IMG/VR virus record: IMGVR_UViG_3300044709_000179
Span: 1 to 64,000 of that record
Strand: one strand, 5' to 3'
From: a virus
Taxonomy: Duplodnaviria; Caudoviricetes
DNA: 64,000 nucleotides
A model generated the notes under the pieces. It had not been told where the DNA came from and searched no databases. It was given only the letters and a program-made list of their open reading frames with translations. Shown in pieces: positions 18,126 to 27,378 of the stretch (position 1 is the first letter of the stretch; each line of letters begins with the position of its first letter). A program made the translations under genes and the position numbers.

Positions 18126-18415
18126 CGACTGTGGCCGACGGTGAGCTGCAGCAGCCCCGCTTCTACCGCGTGCGCTGCTTCGACCGGGAGCGGGAGGTGT
18201 TCGTCGAGCGTCGGGTACCGGCCGCGCTCGACCTCACCCCCGGCCCGGCCGTGCTCGCCGCCGAAGCCAAACTGCACGCCCTGCTCCAGGTCATGGCCTA
18301 CGCCGACGGTGCTCGTGGTGCACGCGTACGGGACTACCACCTGACGGTGGGGGACTGGCCGGAAGGGGTCGTGCACTTCCACTGGCCGGCCACGTCGTGG
18401 CCCGACCGCACCTGA
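18122..18415 (+). CDS. Hypothetical protein
   Basis: Coupled ORF. Confidence 0.55.
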   Translation: MTTVADGELQQPRFYRVRCFDREREVFVERRVPAALDLTPGPAVLAAEAKLHALLQVMAYADGARGARVRDYHLTVGDWPEGVVHFHWPATSWPDRT

Positions 18416-18458
18416 CCCGACACCCACCGCCACCTGCGAAAACGAAAGGACAACCCCC

Positions 18459-18977
18459 GTGAACCACACCATGTCCCCGACCGGGGTGGCGGTGCTGCTA
18501 CTGCTGGCACTGGTCGTCGACTACATGTCGGTCGGCCCCAACTCGCTGCGCGACCGGCTCGCGTTCCTGCTGGCCCTGCCCGCCGTACGGGAGGGCTTCA
18601 ACGGTTCCCCGCTCGACAACTGGACGGTCGGCGCCCTGTCCGGTGCCATCGACACGCTGAAGGGCATGTCGGGCGGTGCCTACATCGCCGGCGCGGTCAC
18701 TTCCGTGGTGGTGGGAGCCCTGGTGGGAGTGCTGTTCATCTACACGGTGGGGGCGCTGTTGCCGGAGAAGTTCGCGACCAAGTTGGGCCCGTTCGCGAAG
18801 ATTTCGTTCCCGCAGACGGGCACCTACCGCATCAACTTCAAGCTCTGGACCTGCGCGGTCATGCTCGGCCTGCTCGCCGACCTGCCTTCTGGCCTGGTCG
18901 GCAGTGTGGTCCGGGGCTCGATCACGCTCGTCACCGGCGTCACCTCCCTGCTGCCGTCCCTCCTGTTTGGAGCCTGA
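18459..18977 (+). CDS. Multi-TM membrane protein (transfer/spread-associated)
   Basis: AAAGGA RBS; several hydrophobic helices. Confidence 0.65.
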   Translation: MNHTMSPTGVAVLLLLALVVDYMSVGPNSLRDRLAFLLALPAVREGFNGSPLDNWTVGALSGAIDTLKGMSGGAYIAGAVTSVVVGALVGVLFIYTVGALLPEKFATKLGPFAKISFPQTGTYRINFKLWTCAVMLGLLADLPSGLVGSVVRGSITLVTGVTSLLPSLLFGA

Positions 18978-18978
18978 C

Positions 18979-19467
18979 ATGACCGAGTTTCTGCTGCTCG
19001 CGGCCCCTGCGCCCGCCGCTGAGAACGGGTGGGGCGGGGTACTGGCCCTACTGCTGACGGCGGGCGTGTTCTGGGGGCTGGTGACGGTGCATCGGCGCTG
19101 GCGGGAGGAGAAAGCCAACGGTGGACCGGTGGATCACTCCCCTGCCCTGCCGTCGGCTGAGCCTTCAAATGGGCTCAACCCGCAGGTCAGTGGGCCTGTT
19201 GATCCTTTTGAGCCTGCCGGTGAGCCCGTGTCGGCAGAAGTGGGTCGCAGCCGGGACTGCGAGGTCGAGTTGGTGCCGTCGCGGACGCCGCCGGGCACCC
19301 CGACCGCCCAGCCGGCCGAGCTGGACCGGTTCGTGGCCGCGCGGCTGCGTACCCAGCGGCCCACCGAAATCATCAGCGAGGCCCACCGTCGGTTCGGCCG
19401 TTCGCGGGCGACGGTGAACCGGGCCATCAAGCGCGTCCGCGCGGGTGCAGGTCGGGAGGTGGCGTGA
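18979..19467 (+). CDS. Membrane-anchored protein with C-terminal HTH (Spd/TraA-like)
   Basis: N-terminal TM, linker, RFGRSRATVNRAIKR. Confidence 0.6.
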   Translation: MTEFLLLAAPAPAAENGWGGVLALLLTAGVFWGLVTVHRRWREEKANGGPVDHSPALPSAEPSNGLNPQVSGPVDPFEPAGEPVSAEVGRSRDCEVELVPSRTPPGTPTAQPAELDRFVAARLRTQRPTEIISEAHRRFGRSRATVNRAIKRVRAGAGREVA

Positions 19468-19667
19468 TGCTGGCGTGGCTGTACGAGAAGGTGACCGGCG
19501 AGTCGTTCTGGACGGGCCGGTCTGCGGTTGACGAGTTCGGCCCGAGCAGGGCAACCCGTCACGCCGACGTGCTGCGCGGCCTCACCGACTGGGAGGTCGC
19601 CATGTACGGTGACCGGCTCGTCGCGGCGGCGGAGGCGAAGCAGGCCCCGGTGGGTGCGTCGCGATGA
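19464..19667 (+). CDS. Hypothetical protein
   Basis: Coupled ORF. Confidence 0.5.
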   Translation: MMLAWLYEKVTGESFWTGRSAVDEFGPSRATRHADVLRGLTDWEVAMYGDRLVAAAEAKQAPVGASR

Positions 19668-21391
19668 CCCGCCGGCGGCCCAAGCCTCTGCGTCCTGCCG
19701 CAGTGTTCGCGCTATGGGTGGGTCTGCTGCTGCTCGCGGCGGCCACCAACTGGGCGGCGCCGGTCGTCGCGTTCGTCGTCGCCTACGCCTGCTGGGCCAA
19801 CTTTCGCCGCCGCGTCAACGCGACCGTCGTGCACTTCGGTCAGCGTGTGCTGGAGTCGCCACGGGCGGCCCGGACCGTGTACCTGGTGACCGGGATTGAC
19901 CGTCGGCCTGAGCGTCCGGCGCTGCCCGCGACGGCGCGGCCGGCAGAAATCGTCAAAATCCGTCCAACTGCCGAGCGGGTCGCCGCGGCGCCGGTTCACG
20001 TACCGCAGGCAGTCGACATGGCCACCGCCCGGACCGCGGCCAAGTTGCGGGCCATGTTCGCCGAGCGCGGCGTGGACGCGACGGTGGTCGGGTTCACGCA
20101 GGGCCCGTCGGTGACCCAGTTCGCGGTAGAGAAAGGCGTCGGCACGACGGTCGACGCGATCCTGAAACTGTCGAAGGAAATCGCCTACGCGGTCGGGACC
20201 GCCGACGTGCGCATGGTGTCACCGATCCCTGGCCGTTCGGCGATCGGCATCGAACTGCCCAACGAGGCGCGCCGCACCGTTCGGCTCGCCGACGTGCTGG
20301 CCTCGCCGGAGGCGCGAGGCAACGACGCACCACTCCTGGTGGGGCTTGGCGAGGACATGGAGGGCCGCCACGTGGTGGCCGACCTCGCGAAGGGACCGCA
20401 CACGCTGGTCGGCGGTGTCACCGGTTCGGGCAAGTCGGTGTTTCTCAACGTGGCGCTGGTGTCGATCCTGCGGCGCACCACCCCCGATCAGGTGCGACTT
20501 CTGCTGGTCGACCCGAAGCGGGTCGAACTGGCCGCCTACAAGGACATCCCCCATTTGGTCGTGCCGATCGTCAACGATCCGTCGAGGGCGGTGGACGCGT
20601 TCGCCTGGACGGTCCGGGAAATGGAGTCCCGCTACGACCGGTTCGCCGAGGTCGGCGCACGCAACTTGGACGAGTACAACAAGTGGGCCCGCAAGAACGG
20701 TGAGACGCCGATGCCCAGCCTGCTCGTCGTGGTCGACGAGTTGGCGACTCTGATGATGGTGGCGAAGCAGCGCCGCGACGCCGCGAAGCGCGCCGCCACC
20801 GACGAGCTCCCCGACGACCCCGAGCAGGTGACCGCCCGCCTCGGCGCCGAGGGGCGTGCCGCTGGCATTCACCTGCTGCTGGCCACGCAGCGGCCCGACG
20901 CAACCGTCGTCACGGGCCTGATCAAGGCGAACGTGCCGGCACGGCTGGCGTTCGCCGTCTCTGATGCCGTCAACTCGCGGATCATCCTCGACCAGAACGG
21001 CGCTGAGGCACTGTACGGCGCGGGCGACGCACTGTTTCTGCCGCAGGGGGCCTCGACGCCGATCCGGCTGCAGGGTTCCTGGGTCGACGAGCAGGAGATC
21101 GCTGAGGCGGTTCGTCATGCGAAGGCATGGGGTCCGCCCCAGTTCCGCGACGACGTGCTCACCCCCGCCCCCGCACCGCGCGCGACACCGCAGGTCACGG
21201 TTTCGGCCGCCGACCTGCAGCAGGCTCGTGCGCTGGTGGTCGAGAAGCGGTCGGCGTCGGTGTCGATGCTGCAGCGCCAGATGCAGATCGGCTTTCCGAA
21301 GGCGGCGCGGTTGTTGGACGCGCTGGAGGCGGCCGGCGCCGTCGGCCCGGCCCGCGGTTCGAAGCCGCGTGAGGTCCTCGTCAAGGAGTAG
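19664..21391 (+). CDS. ftsK: FtsK/SpoIIIE DNA translocase (TraB-like) with gamma domain
   Basis: 2 TM, alpha domain, GVTGSGKS, VDPKRVEL, VVDEL, LATQRP, ASVSMLQR..IGF.KAARL. Confidence 0.93.
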   Translation: MTRRRPKPLRPAAVFALWVGLLLLAAATNWAAPVVAFVVAYACWANFRRRVNATVVHFGQRVLESPRAARTVYLVTGIDRRPERPALPATARPAEIVKIRPTAERVAAAPVHVPQAVDMATARTAAKLRAMFAERGVDATVVGFTQGPSVTQFAVEKGVGTTVDAILKLSKEIAYAVGTADVRMVSPIPGRSAIGIELPNEARRTVRLADVLASPEARGNDAPLLVGLGEDMEGRHVVADLAKGPHTLVGGVTGSGKSVFLNVALVSILRRTTPDQVRLLLVDPKRVELAAYKDIPHLVVPIVNDPSRAVDAFAWTVREMESRYDRFAEVGARNLDEYNKWARKNGETPMPSLLVVVDELATLMMVAKQRRDAAKRAATDELPDDPEQVTARLGAEGRAAGIHLLLATQRPDATVVTGLIKANVPARLAFAVSDAVNSRIILDQNGAEALYGAGDALFLPQGASTPIRLQGSWVDEQEIAEAVRHAKAWGPPQFRDDVLTPAPAPRATPQVTVSAADLQQARALVVEKRSASVSMLQRQMQIGFPKAARLLDALEAAGAVGPARGSKPREVLVKE

Positions 21392-21423
21392 GCCACGCCC
21401 CCGTGGCCGGAAGGAGTTCAAGC

Positions 21424-21663
21424 ATGGCAGCGAAAACCGAAACCGCCTTCGCCTCCCACGCGGTCACCCAGGGCGGCATCGTGGTGGCCGCCACCCCCTG
21501 GGGCATCGCCCAGGGCGACCCGCAGGAGACCGCCGACCACCTCGCCCCATGGGCCGCAGAACCCGGCCAGATTCTGCACGTGTGGGCGAACGGCGGGGTG
21601 CAGGCCACGATCGGCGGCACCCTGGCCGATCTGCCGACCCCGGACGCGGAGGTGGCGCGGTGA
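21424..21663 (+). CDS. Hypothetical protein
   Basis: AAGGAG RBS. Confidence 0.55.
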   Translation: MAAKTETAFASHAVTQGGIVVAATPWGIAQGDPQETADHLAPWAAEPGQILHVWANGGVQATIGGTLADLPTPDAEVAR

Positions 21664-21890
21664 CCGACTTCACCTTCGCCGAACGCGACCTGCTGCTCAC
21701 CGCGAAGGCCTGCGGCGGCTGGCTGTCCGTGAGCGCGACCCACGGCCACGACCGCGAGCGGGCGATGGCCCGCCTGATAGCCGACGGCCTGTTCGAGTTC
21801 CGCGGGCGGGAGCCGGGCGTACATCTGGCCCGCTACGTGCTGACCGCCACCGGTCGCGAAGCAGTTGCCAACCTACCCACCAACCACTAA
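21660..21890 (+). CDS. Small winged-helix-like protein
   Basis: L.ADGL...Y.LT.TG. Confidence 0.55.
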   Translation: MTDFTFAERDLLLTAKACGGWLSVSATHGHDRERAMARLIADGLFEFRGREPGVHLARYVLTATGREAVANLPTNH

Positions 21891-21900
21891 GGGAGCACCG

Positions 21901-22104
21901 ATGCCGAACATCCCGTCCAAGCAATACCTGGACGGCCGTCTCGCTCAACTACAGGCGGCCTGCGACGCCCACGACGGTAGGGGCGCCGCCGCCGTCATCG
22001 ACCAGATCCGGTTCGACGGCTACCCGGAGGTGGCCGACGGACTGCTGCGGGATCTGGTCGAGCAGGGCTCCCGCGACCTGGTCGCCGCGGCGGGTGCCCC
22101 ATGA
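21901..22104 (+). CDS. Hypothetical protein
   Basis: GGGAG RBS. Confidence 0.55.
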   Translation: MPNIPSKQYLDGRLAQLQAACDAHDGRGAAAVIDQIRFDGYPEVADGLLRDLVEQGSRDLVAAAGAP

Positions 22105-22165
22105 CCTGGACGATGCCGACGCGTGGACCGCTCGCCGACGCAAGCAACGAGAAGGAGCAACAGGG

Positions 22166-22408
22166 ATGAGCGAGAGCAAGACCGAAGACATCGAGTTCGA
22201 GATCGTGCGGATTCTCGGCAACCATGACGGCCGGCTCACGCTCGGCGAGTTGATGCCGATTCTGGAGACGTGGGTCGACGACCGCCGCTGGATTGGCGTG
22301 GCCATCGACCTGCACCTTGTTCCCGACGGCAAGGCCCGGTACGCGAACTGCCACGTCAACCACAACCACAGTGGGGCATGCGTGCTGGAGGCGGTGAGCT
22401 CGCAGTGA
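22166..22408 (+). CDS. Hypothetical protein
   Basis: AAGGAG RBS. Confidence 0.55.
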   Translation: MSESKTEDIEFEIVRILGNHDGRLTLGELMPILETWVDDRRWIGVAIDLHLVPDGKARYANCHVNHNHSGACVLEAVSSQ

Positions 22409-22611
22409 GCATGCCCGACGAGGTCGTCCTGGTGACGACCGGCGAGTACGCCGACCGCCGCGTGATCGCGGTCGCCGAGGACGAGGAGACGGCGCAGCGC
22501 TATGCGGACCGGTGGACGCTGGACAGTTTCGGCGTCGAGGCGTCCGGCTACGGCCGGCGCGCTGAGGCTGGCGAGCGGGTGCCGTTCGTGCGGACCGGTG
22601 ATGTGCGATGA
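22405..22611 (+). CDS. Hypothetical protein (GEY.D motif)
   Basis: Coupled ORF. Confidence 0.55.
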   Translation: MSMPDEVVLVTTGEYADRRVIAVAEDEETAQRYADRWTLDSFGVEASGYGRRAEAGERVPFVRTGDVR

Positions 22612-22841
22612 GCATTCATGAGGGCCCTCGCGCCGAGGACTCCGTTGCTCGCGCGGTCTATGCGGCGATCGAAGCTGGCGCGGACACTGTTCGCGCGATG
22701 GCCGACCACCTCGACGGCGACCTTGGCCTCCTGGCGGTCCGCGTCGCCCAGATGCGTCAGGCGGGGCTGCTCATCGTCCGAACCGGCAACGACGGGGTGG
22801 CTCATCACGCCATTCCTGAGAAACAAGGAGGTGCGCAGTGA
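22608..22841 (+). CDS. Small winged-HTH protein
   Basis: TVRAMADHL...V.QM...GLL. Confidence 0.55.
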   Translation: MSIHEGPRAEDSVARAVYAAIEAGADTVRAMADHLDGDLGLLAVRVAQMRQAGLLIVRTGNDGVAHHAIPEKQGGAQ

Positions 22842-23011
22842 CCGCCGGCTTCACCCGCACTCAGCGGGTCCACCACGTCATCCGCAACCAGGACGGCCGC
22901 TGGCTCGGCTTCGATGGCGCGGACCGCTCCACGTCATGGGTGTGGTTCGAGTCGGGTGCAGTGCGGGTGTCGACGGCTCGACTGCGGGGGATCGGGGAGG
23001 TGACACGGTGA
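22838..23011 (+). CDS. Small hypothetical protein
   Basis: GTGA overlaps both sides; GGAGG RBS. Confidence 0.45.
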   Translation: MTAGFTRTQRVHHVIRNQDGRWLGFDGADRSTSWVWFESGAVRVSTARLRGIGEVTR

Positions 23012-23217
23012 GCGTCTACGACAACGACTCGCGGGTGAAGCGAATCAGTGACTACCGGTACGACGTCCTCGCCATGCCCAGCGAGACGCCGATCGGCATT
23101 GCGGACTGGCATCCCAACGACGGCTGGGCGGCGATCAGGTACGGCGACCCAGTCGGTGCACCAACCTTCGCCACCGCCGACGACGCCATTCGCCGCCTGA
23201 TCGGAGATCCACAGTGA
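23008..23217 (+). CDS. YxNDxRV-family small protein, copy 1
   Basis: SVYDNDSRV...FATADDAIRRLIGDP. Confidence 0.65.
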   Translation: MSVYDNDSRVKRISDYRYDVLAMPSETPIGIADWHPNDGWAAIRYGDPVGAPTFATADDAIRRLIGDPQ

Positions 23218-23477
23218 ACGAGCCCGACAACCACACTGCGTGGACTGACGAGGACGGCGACACCTGGGTCCGAGTCGATGAGTGCGCGCTCGCCAACCAC
23301 AACTGGTTCGCGCTCACGGACGACCCCGAGCCAGGGACGCCCATGCATGCCCAAGATGCCGTCGGCGCCCCGTTCCGGTGGGAGCAAATGGCGGGCTTCG
23401 GGCTGCGAGAGCCGGCCGATCCGGGTCGTACAGCGCGAGCGCTGGAACGGGTGCGACGGGAATGGGCAGGCCGATGA
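23214..23477 (+). CDS. Hypothetical protein (D.DGDTW motif)
   Basis: Coupled ORF. Confidence 0.55.
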   Translation: MNEPDNHTAWTDEDGDTWVRVDECALANHNWFALTDDPEPGTPMHAQDAVGAPFRWEQMAGFGLREPADPGRTARALERVRREWAGR

Positions 23478-23749
23478 CCACTCTCCTCGACCTGTCCACC
23501 CTGGACCCCGACACCCGCTACACCGTTATCGAGATCGCCTCCTGGGTGCGCAAGGGCGCCGAGAACGCTCGCCAGGTGGCGATGTGCCTGCGCATCGACC
23601 CCGACGACGAGCGGTTCACCGAGGCGTGGAGCGCGGCGCTCGGCACCGACCAGATCCGCTACACGGGCGGCTGCTGCGACGGCGACCACGACCACGGCTG
23701 CGAGGTCGAGACGCCGACCCGCTACTCCATTCCCCTGGAGGTGATCTGA
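23474..23749 (+). CDS. Hypothetical protein
   Basis: Coupled ORF. Confidence 0.55.
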   Translation: MTTLLDLSTLDPDTRYTVIEIASWVRKGAENARQVAMCLRIDPDDERFTEAWSAALGTDQIRYTGGCCDGDHDHGCEVETPTRYSIPLEVI

Positions 23750-23750
23750 C

Positions 23751-24047
23751 GTGGCCCTCTACGCGGTGGTTCCACTTCGCTACGGTCGCGTGCCGCTCGG
23801 TGCGACGGTTCAGATCGTCACGGCAGACGGAACGGAGGTCATCTCGGGTCCGGTGCCTGACAACGGCCGTAGCGGCAGCGACGACCACCGCATCCACCGA
23901 GCGATCTCCAACCTCGGCCTTCATCTGCGCGATGGCAGCCTCGACGCGGCGCGCTGCCCGAGCACGCCGGGCACGGCACGGTTCGAGGTGATCGCGCCAT
24001 CAGGTGACGGTCGCGAGGTTCGGCAGGCTGCGGAGGTTGAGCGATGA
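23751..24047 (+). CDS. Hypothetical protein (paralog of 24516..24761)
   Basis: GPVP...HRI.R....LG. Confidence 0.55.
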   Translation: MALYAVVPLRYGRVPLGATVQIVTADGTEVISGPVPDNGRSGSDDHRIHRAISNLGLHLRDGSLDAARCPSTPGTARFEVIAPSGDGREVRQAAEVER

Positions 24048-24247
24048 CCGACGACATCCGCGCTCAGGAGGAGCAGGCGTGGGCCGAGTACGACGCCGCA
24101 CGTCGCACGTCCGGCATCACGGACCTGGAGTGGGCGATGCACGGGCGGCGGTGCGCGAGGGCCGAGCTGAACGCAGGTCCGCGCGGCGGAAAACTGCACG
24201 ACCGACAGCCGCGAGTGGTTGTCGACGACGAAAGGAAGGCAGCATGA
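24044..24247 (+). CDS. Hypothetical protein
   Basis: Coupled ORF. Confidence 0.5.
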   Translation: MTDDIRAQEEQAWAEYDAARRTSGITDLEWAMHGRRCARAELNAGPRGGKLHDRQPRVVVDDERKAA

Positions 24248-24519
24248 CCGCAGCGTGGACACCGGACGGCACCGAAAACCGCTTGTACCGGCTGGACATC
24301 CGCACCACCGGCAGCGACTACGCCCTTGGCTGGGATCGCGCGCCCAACTACCCGCTGGTCGAGTCGCAGACGTTCGAGGTCGGACATGACGTGGACGGCG
24401 TCGACCATGCTGACGACGTGATGGCGCGGCGACCGAGCACGGAGCACGGATTCCTGTACTGGGTAAACCACCCGCACGGCGAACGCTACGACGTGACGAT
24501 CGAAGGTGGGGCCGTATGA
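24244..24519 (+). CDS. Hypothetical protein
   Basis: Coupled ORF. Confidence 0.55.
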   Translation: MTAAWTPDGTENRLYRLDIRTTGSDYALGWDRAPNYPLVESQTFEVGHDVDGVDHADDVMARRPSTEHGFLYWVNHPHGERYDVTIEGGAV

Positions 24520-24761
24520 CCGCCGTCGCGCTGGTGACCCTGGAGGGCTCACGGATCGCCGAAGACTCGACCGTCACCATCCTGGTTGACGGGGCGCCGG
24601 TCGCGCAGGGTCCGGTGCCGCTGCGGGTTGAGGGAACCGGGCGGCTCGCACCACATCGCATCGTCCGGGGTGTTGCCGATCTCGGCTGGCGGGTCATCGA
24701 CTACAGCCAGCGGCGTGAGGTCGAGGGCGGGCTGGAGTTCGACGTGGAGCGGGTGGCCTGA
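24516..24761 (+). CDS. Hypothetical protein (paralog of 23751..24047)
   Basis: GPVP...HRI.R....LG. Confidence 0.55.
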   Translation: MTAVALVTLEGSRIAEDSTVTILVDGAPVAQGPVPLRVEGTGRLAPHRIVRGVADLGWRVIDYSQRREVEGGLEFDVERVA

Positions 24762-24822
24762 GACTGTGCGGGCCACCTCGCGTGGCTCGTGCGGTGTCCG
24801 ACCGGCCAACGAAAGGAACACC

Positions 24823-25095
24823 ATGAGCTACTACGAGAACGACCCTCGCGTCACGCAGGTGGGCGACGACGAGTACCAGATCGACACGGGACCCCATGGC
24901 CCGTGGCGGGTCTACCGCGACGGCGACCGGTGGTTCTCGGAGTCGCCGCCGAACGACAGCCCGCACCTTCCGGACCACATGACGTTCGAGCACCCGTCGA
25001 AGGAGGAGGCGTTCAAGGCGATGCTGAATCCCAAGGGCGGTGCGATTCTCGTGCCACCCGAGAGCCCGCTGGCGGACCGGGGCGAGGGAAGGTGA
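24823..25095 (+). CDS. YxNDxRV-family small protein, copy 2
   Basis: MSYYENDPRV. Confidence 0.65.
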   Translation: MSYYENDPRVTQVGDDEYQIDTGPHGPWRVYRDGDRWFSESPPNDSPHLPDHMTFEHPSKEEAFKAMLNPKGGAILVPPESPLADRGEGR

Positions 25096-25304
25096 CCACC
25101 GTAGGCGAAGGCCTCGTCGAGGCGATCTTCTGGTACGCCGACGGCCCGCACGCGCCCGTCCCGCCGTCGATCGCGGCGATGGGCGAGAAGGAGCGGGACC
25201 GGCTTTGGAAGTCCGCCGAGAAGCTGTTCCGGGAGCGCGGCCACGACTACGCGATGGGTGTCGCCGAGGGCGTCATCCAGCACCTGAGCAACGAGGAGAA
25301 GTGA
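25092..25304 (+). CDS. Hypothetical protein
   Basis: Coupled ORF. Confidence 0.55.
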   Translation: MTTVGEGLVEAIFWYADGPHAPVPPSIAAMGEKERDRLWKSAEKLFRERGHDYAMGVAEGVIQHLSNEEK

Positions 25305-25510
25305 TGAGCGCTTACGACAATGACCCACGTGTGCGGCGCATCGACCCCGCATTCGACAACCAATACGTCCTGGAGGAGCGGTTCTACGTTTCGCAGACCG
25401 GTGACGGCTGGAAGGCGTGGTCGTGGCCGGCCACTGACCTCATCGCCGGCTCGGCGACATCCACTGCGGACGAGAAGATCCGCGAGTTAATCGGCGAGCC
25501 CCGGCGATGA
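25304..25510 (+). CDS. YxNDxRV-family small protein, copy 3
   Basis: MSAYDNDPRV...TADEKIRELIGEP. Confidence 0.65.
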   Translation: MSAYDNDPRVRRIDPAFDNQYVLEERFYVSQTGDGWKAWSWPATDLIAGSATSTADEKIRELIGEPRR

Positions 25511-26325
25511 CCCAGACCTTGCGGCGGCCACCCCGGCAGGACCCGAACGTCCGCCGCAAGGGTCGCGTCTACCTATTCAAGACCCTGTGCGTCCACGAGT
25601 CCGGCCCCCAGGTCGGGCTCGTGTTGGACGGCACCACCGAAGAGGGCTACGTCGGCAAAACCCGCCAGACCCTGTCGCAGCGCGAGCAGCAGCACCGGGG
25701 CGGCGCGCCCGACGGCGAGGTGACCGAGTTCGAGGATCTGGAGGAGCAGCCGTGGTTCAGCATCACGGTGGGCGGCATCCAGCTACTCGAACAGGGCATG
25801 TGGACCGATGAGGAGTTGGCCGAGCGTGAGCGGTACTGGATCCGCCGGATCGGCCCGCGCTACAACTACGTTGACAACCTTGACTGCGTACGGCGAATTC
25901 CCAAGCCGGTCGCGCGCCAGCACCGAGACAACCGGGACCGGGCGGCGGGACTCGCGCCCCGTCAGTGGCAGCCGTTTAGCGCCCAGCGGCCCGCTCAGAC
26001 GCCCACCACGCGCCCCACATCGCCCCGTCCAGCCCGAACCACCCGCCTGTCCGCCGCGTGGCGCAGACGCCTCCTGAAAGCCGCTGCGTTCCCCTGCGCC
26101 GTGGGCATCCTCTGGCTCGCCCTGGCCCTCTACGCCGCGCCACGGGTCGCGGGCGAGCACTGGCAGACGTGGCCGGTCCTGGCGTTGGCCCTGACCGCCG
26201 AAGGGTTCGCGCTGCCGCTGGTGCGCCGGGTGCACAAGCGGGACCGGGGGATGGCGGCGTTGGGGATTACGGTAGCGGTTGCCGTGCTGGCGTCGGCACT
26301 GTACGGCTGGGCAACGGGAGGCTGA
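25507..26325 (+). CDS. GIY-YIG-like nuclease domain with C-terminal membrane anchor
   Basis: GRVY...YVGKT....R..QH...E...I....P.YN; 3 TM at C-terminus. Confidence 0.65.
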   Translation: MTQTLRRPPRQDPNVRRKGRVYLFKTLCVHESGPQVGLVLDGTTEEGYVGKTRQTLSQREQQHRGGAPDGEVTEFEDLEEQPWFSITVGGIQLLEQGMWTDEELAERERYWIRRIGPRYNYVDNLDCVRRIPKPVARQHRDNRDRAAGLAPRQWQPFSAQRPAQTPTTRPTSPRPARTTRLSAAWRRRLLKAAAFPCAVGILWLALALYAAPRVAGEHWQTWPVLALALTAEGFALPLVRRVHKRDRGMAALGITVAVAVLASALYGWATGG

Positions 26326-26326
26326 T

Positions 26327-26794
26327 ATGCAACTCTGGGACTTCGAGGCGTACCTACGCGACCTGCTGGCCACCCTCGACGGCATCACCTCGGCCGAGAC
26401 CTTCCGGGTCGCCGGCATCGCGTTGCAGCGTGGCGTGGTGATGACCTCCACGTCCGGCACCCGCGTCCTCATCCACCTGACGCGCGGCTCCGGCGGGTCC
26501 GACGAGCGCGAGGAGCCGCCGGAGCATCTGGCGCGCGTGGCCGAGCTCGAAGGCGTGCCCGCGCCGGACCTGAAGCCGTTGCCGGACGCTACGGCGGACA
26601 AGGTGGAGGACCTGCTTCGAACGGCCATCGACAACGCGCCGCCGCCCGGAATGACATACGTGATGACCTTGCACGACTGGCGCAACCAAGCGGGTAAGAC
26701 GTCGCGAGCCCGTGGAACGGAACGTGCGCAGGCCGGGCTGGTGGTGCGCTTCCAGGACCAGAGCGAGACCTATCTCAGGATCTTCCGAGCCTGA
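26327..26794 (+). CDS. Hypothetical protein
   Basis: GGAGG RBS. Confidence 0.6.
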   Translation: MQLWDFEAYLRDLLATLDGITSAETFRVAGIALQRGVVMTSTSGTRVLIHLTRGSGGSDEREEPPEHLARVAELEGVPAPDLKPLPDATADKVEDLLRTAIDNAPPPGMTYVMTLHDWRNQAGKTSRARGTERAQAGLVVRFQDQSETYLRIFRA

Positions 26795-26863
26795 ACCGAG
26801 CCCGCGCGCCAACTTTCCACCCAGCCCACCTGCCACGATTGCGGCACATCGAGAGGAGCAGTC

Positions 26864-27091
26864 ATGTACGAGCACGATGGGCGGGTCGTCCTGCACGACG
26901 ACGGCACCGCCACGGTCACCGTTGTGGGTGGCGACGACTGGACCGTGGCGCACCGGTCGGCGGGCGGGTTTGTCGCGAGGAAGGTGCGCGGCGGGCATGT
27001 GCTGGCGGTGCGCTGGGACAGCCCGCGCCCCCGGGTGTTCGAGACTTGCGACGAGGCGATCGCGGAGTTGCTGGCGACATTTGCTCGGTAG
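26864..27091 (+). CDS. YxNDxRV-family small protein, copy 4 (divergent)
   Basis: MYEHDGRV...FETCDEAIAELL. Confidence 0.6.
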   Translation: MYEHDGRVVLHDDGTATVTVVGGDDWTVAHRSAGGFVARKVRGGHVLAVRWDSPRPRVFETCDEAIAELLATFAR

Positions 27092-27122
27092 GGGCGTCGA
27101 GCGAGTCATCGAAGGAGGAGTT

Positions 27123-27368
27123 ATGGCAACGGTCGTGTTCACGATGGCAAGCGGCACCATCCACACCGTCCCGGACGTGACGCTGACGCAGGTGAGCCAA
27201 GCGTGGTGGCGTTGGGCCCAGGGTGCGGGGGACGCCGCGCTACCGGTCGCGGTATTCCCCGAAGAGGAGGACATTCGCAACCTGAGGGGTATTACCACCT
27301 ACGCCACCCAAGCGGAAGTCGACGCCAACCCGCACGTCCACATCGGCGATTGGGTCCGCATCGACTGA
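27123..27368 (+). CDS. Hypothetical protein
   Basis: AGGAGG RBS. Confidence 0.6.
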   Translation: MATVVFTMASGTIHTVPDVTLTQVSQAWWRWAQGAGDAALPVAVFPEEEDIRNLRGITTYATQAEVDANPHVHIGDWVRID

Positions 27369-27378
27369 CCCTGCACGC

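Noticed and set aside
19150-19230. TGAGCC short repeats in membrane-HTH gene linker
   Set aside because: Only 3-4 short copies; not distinguishable from chance by eye
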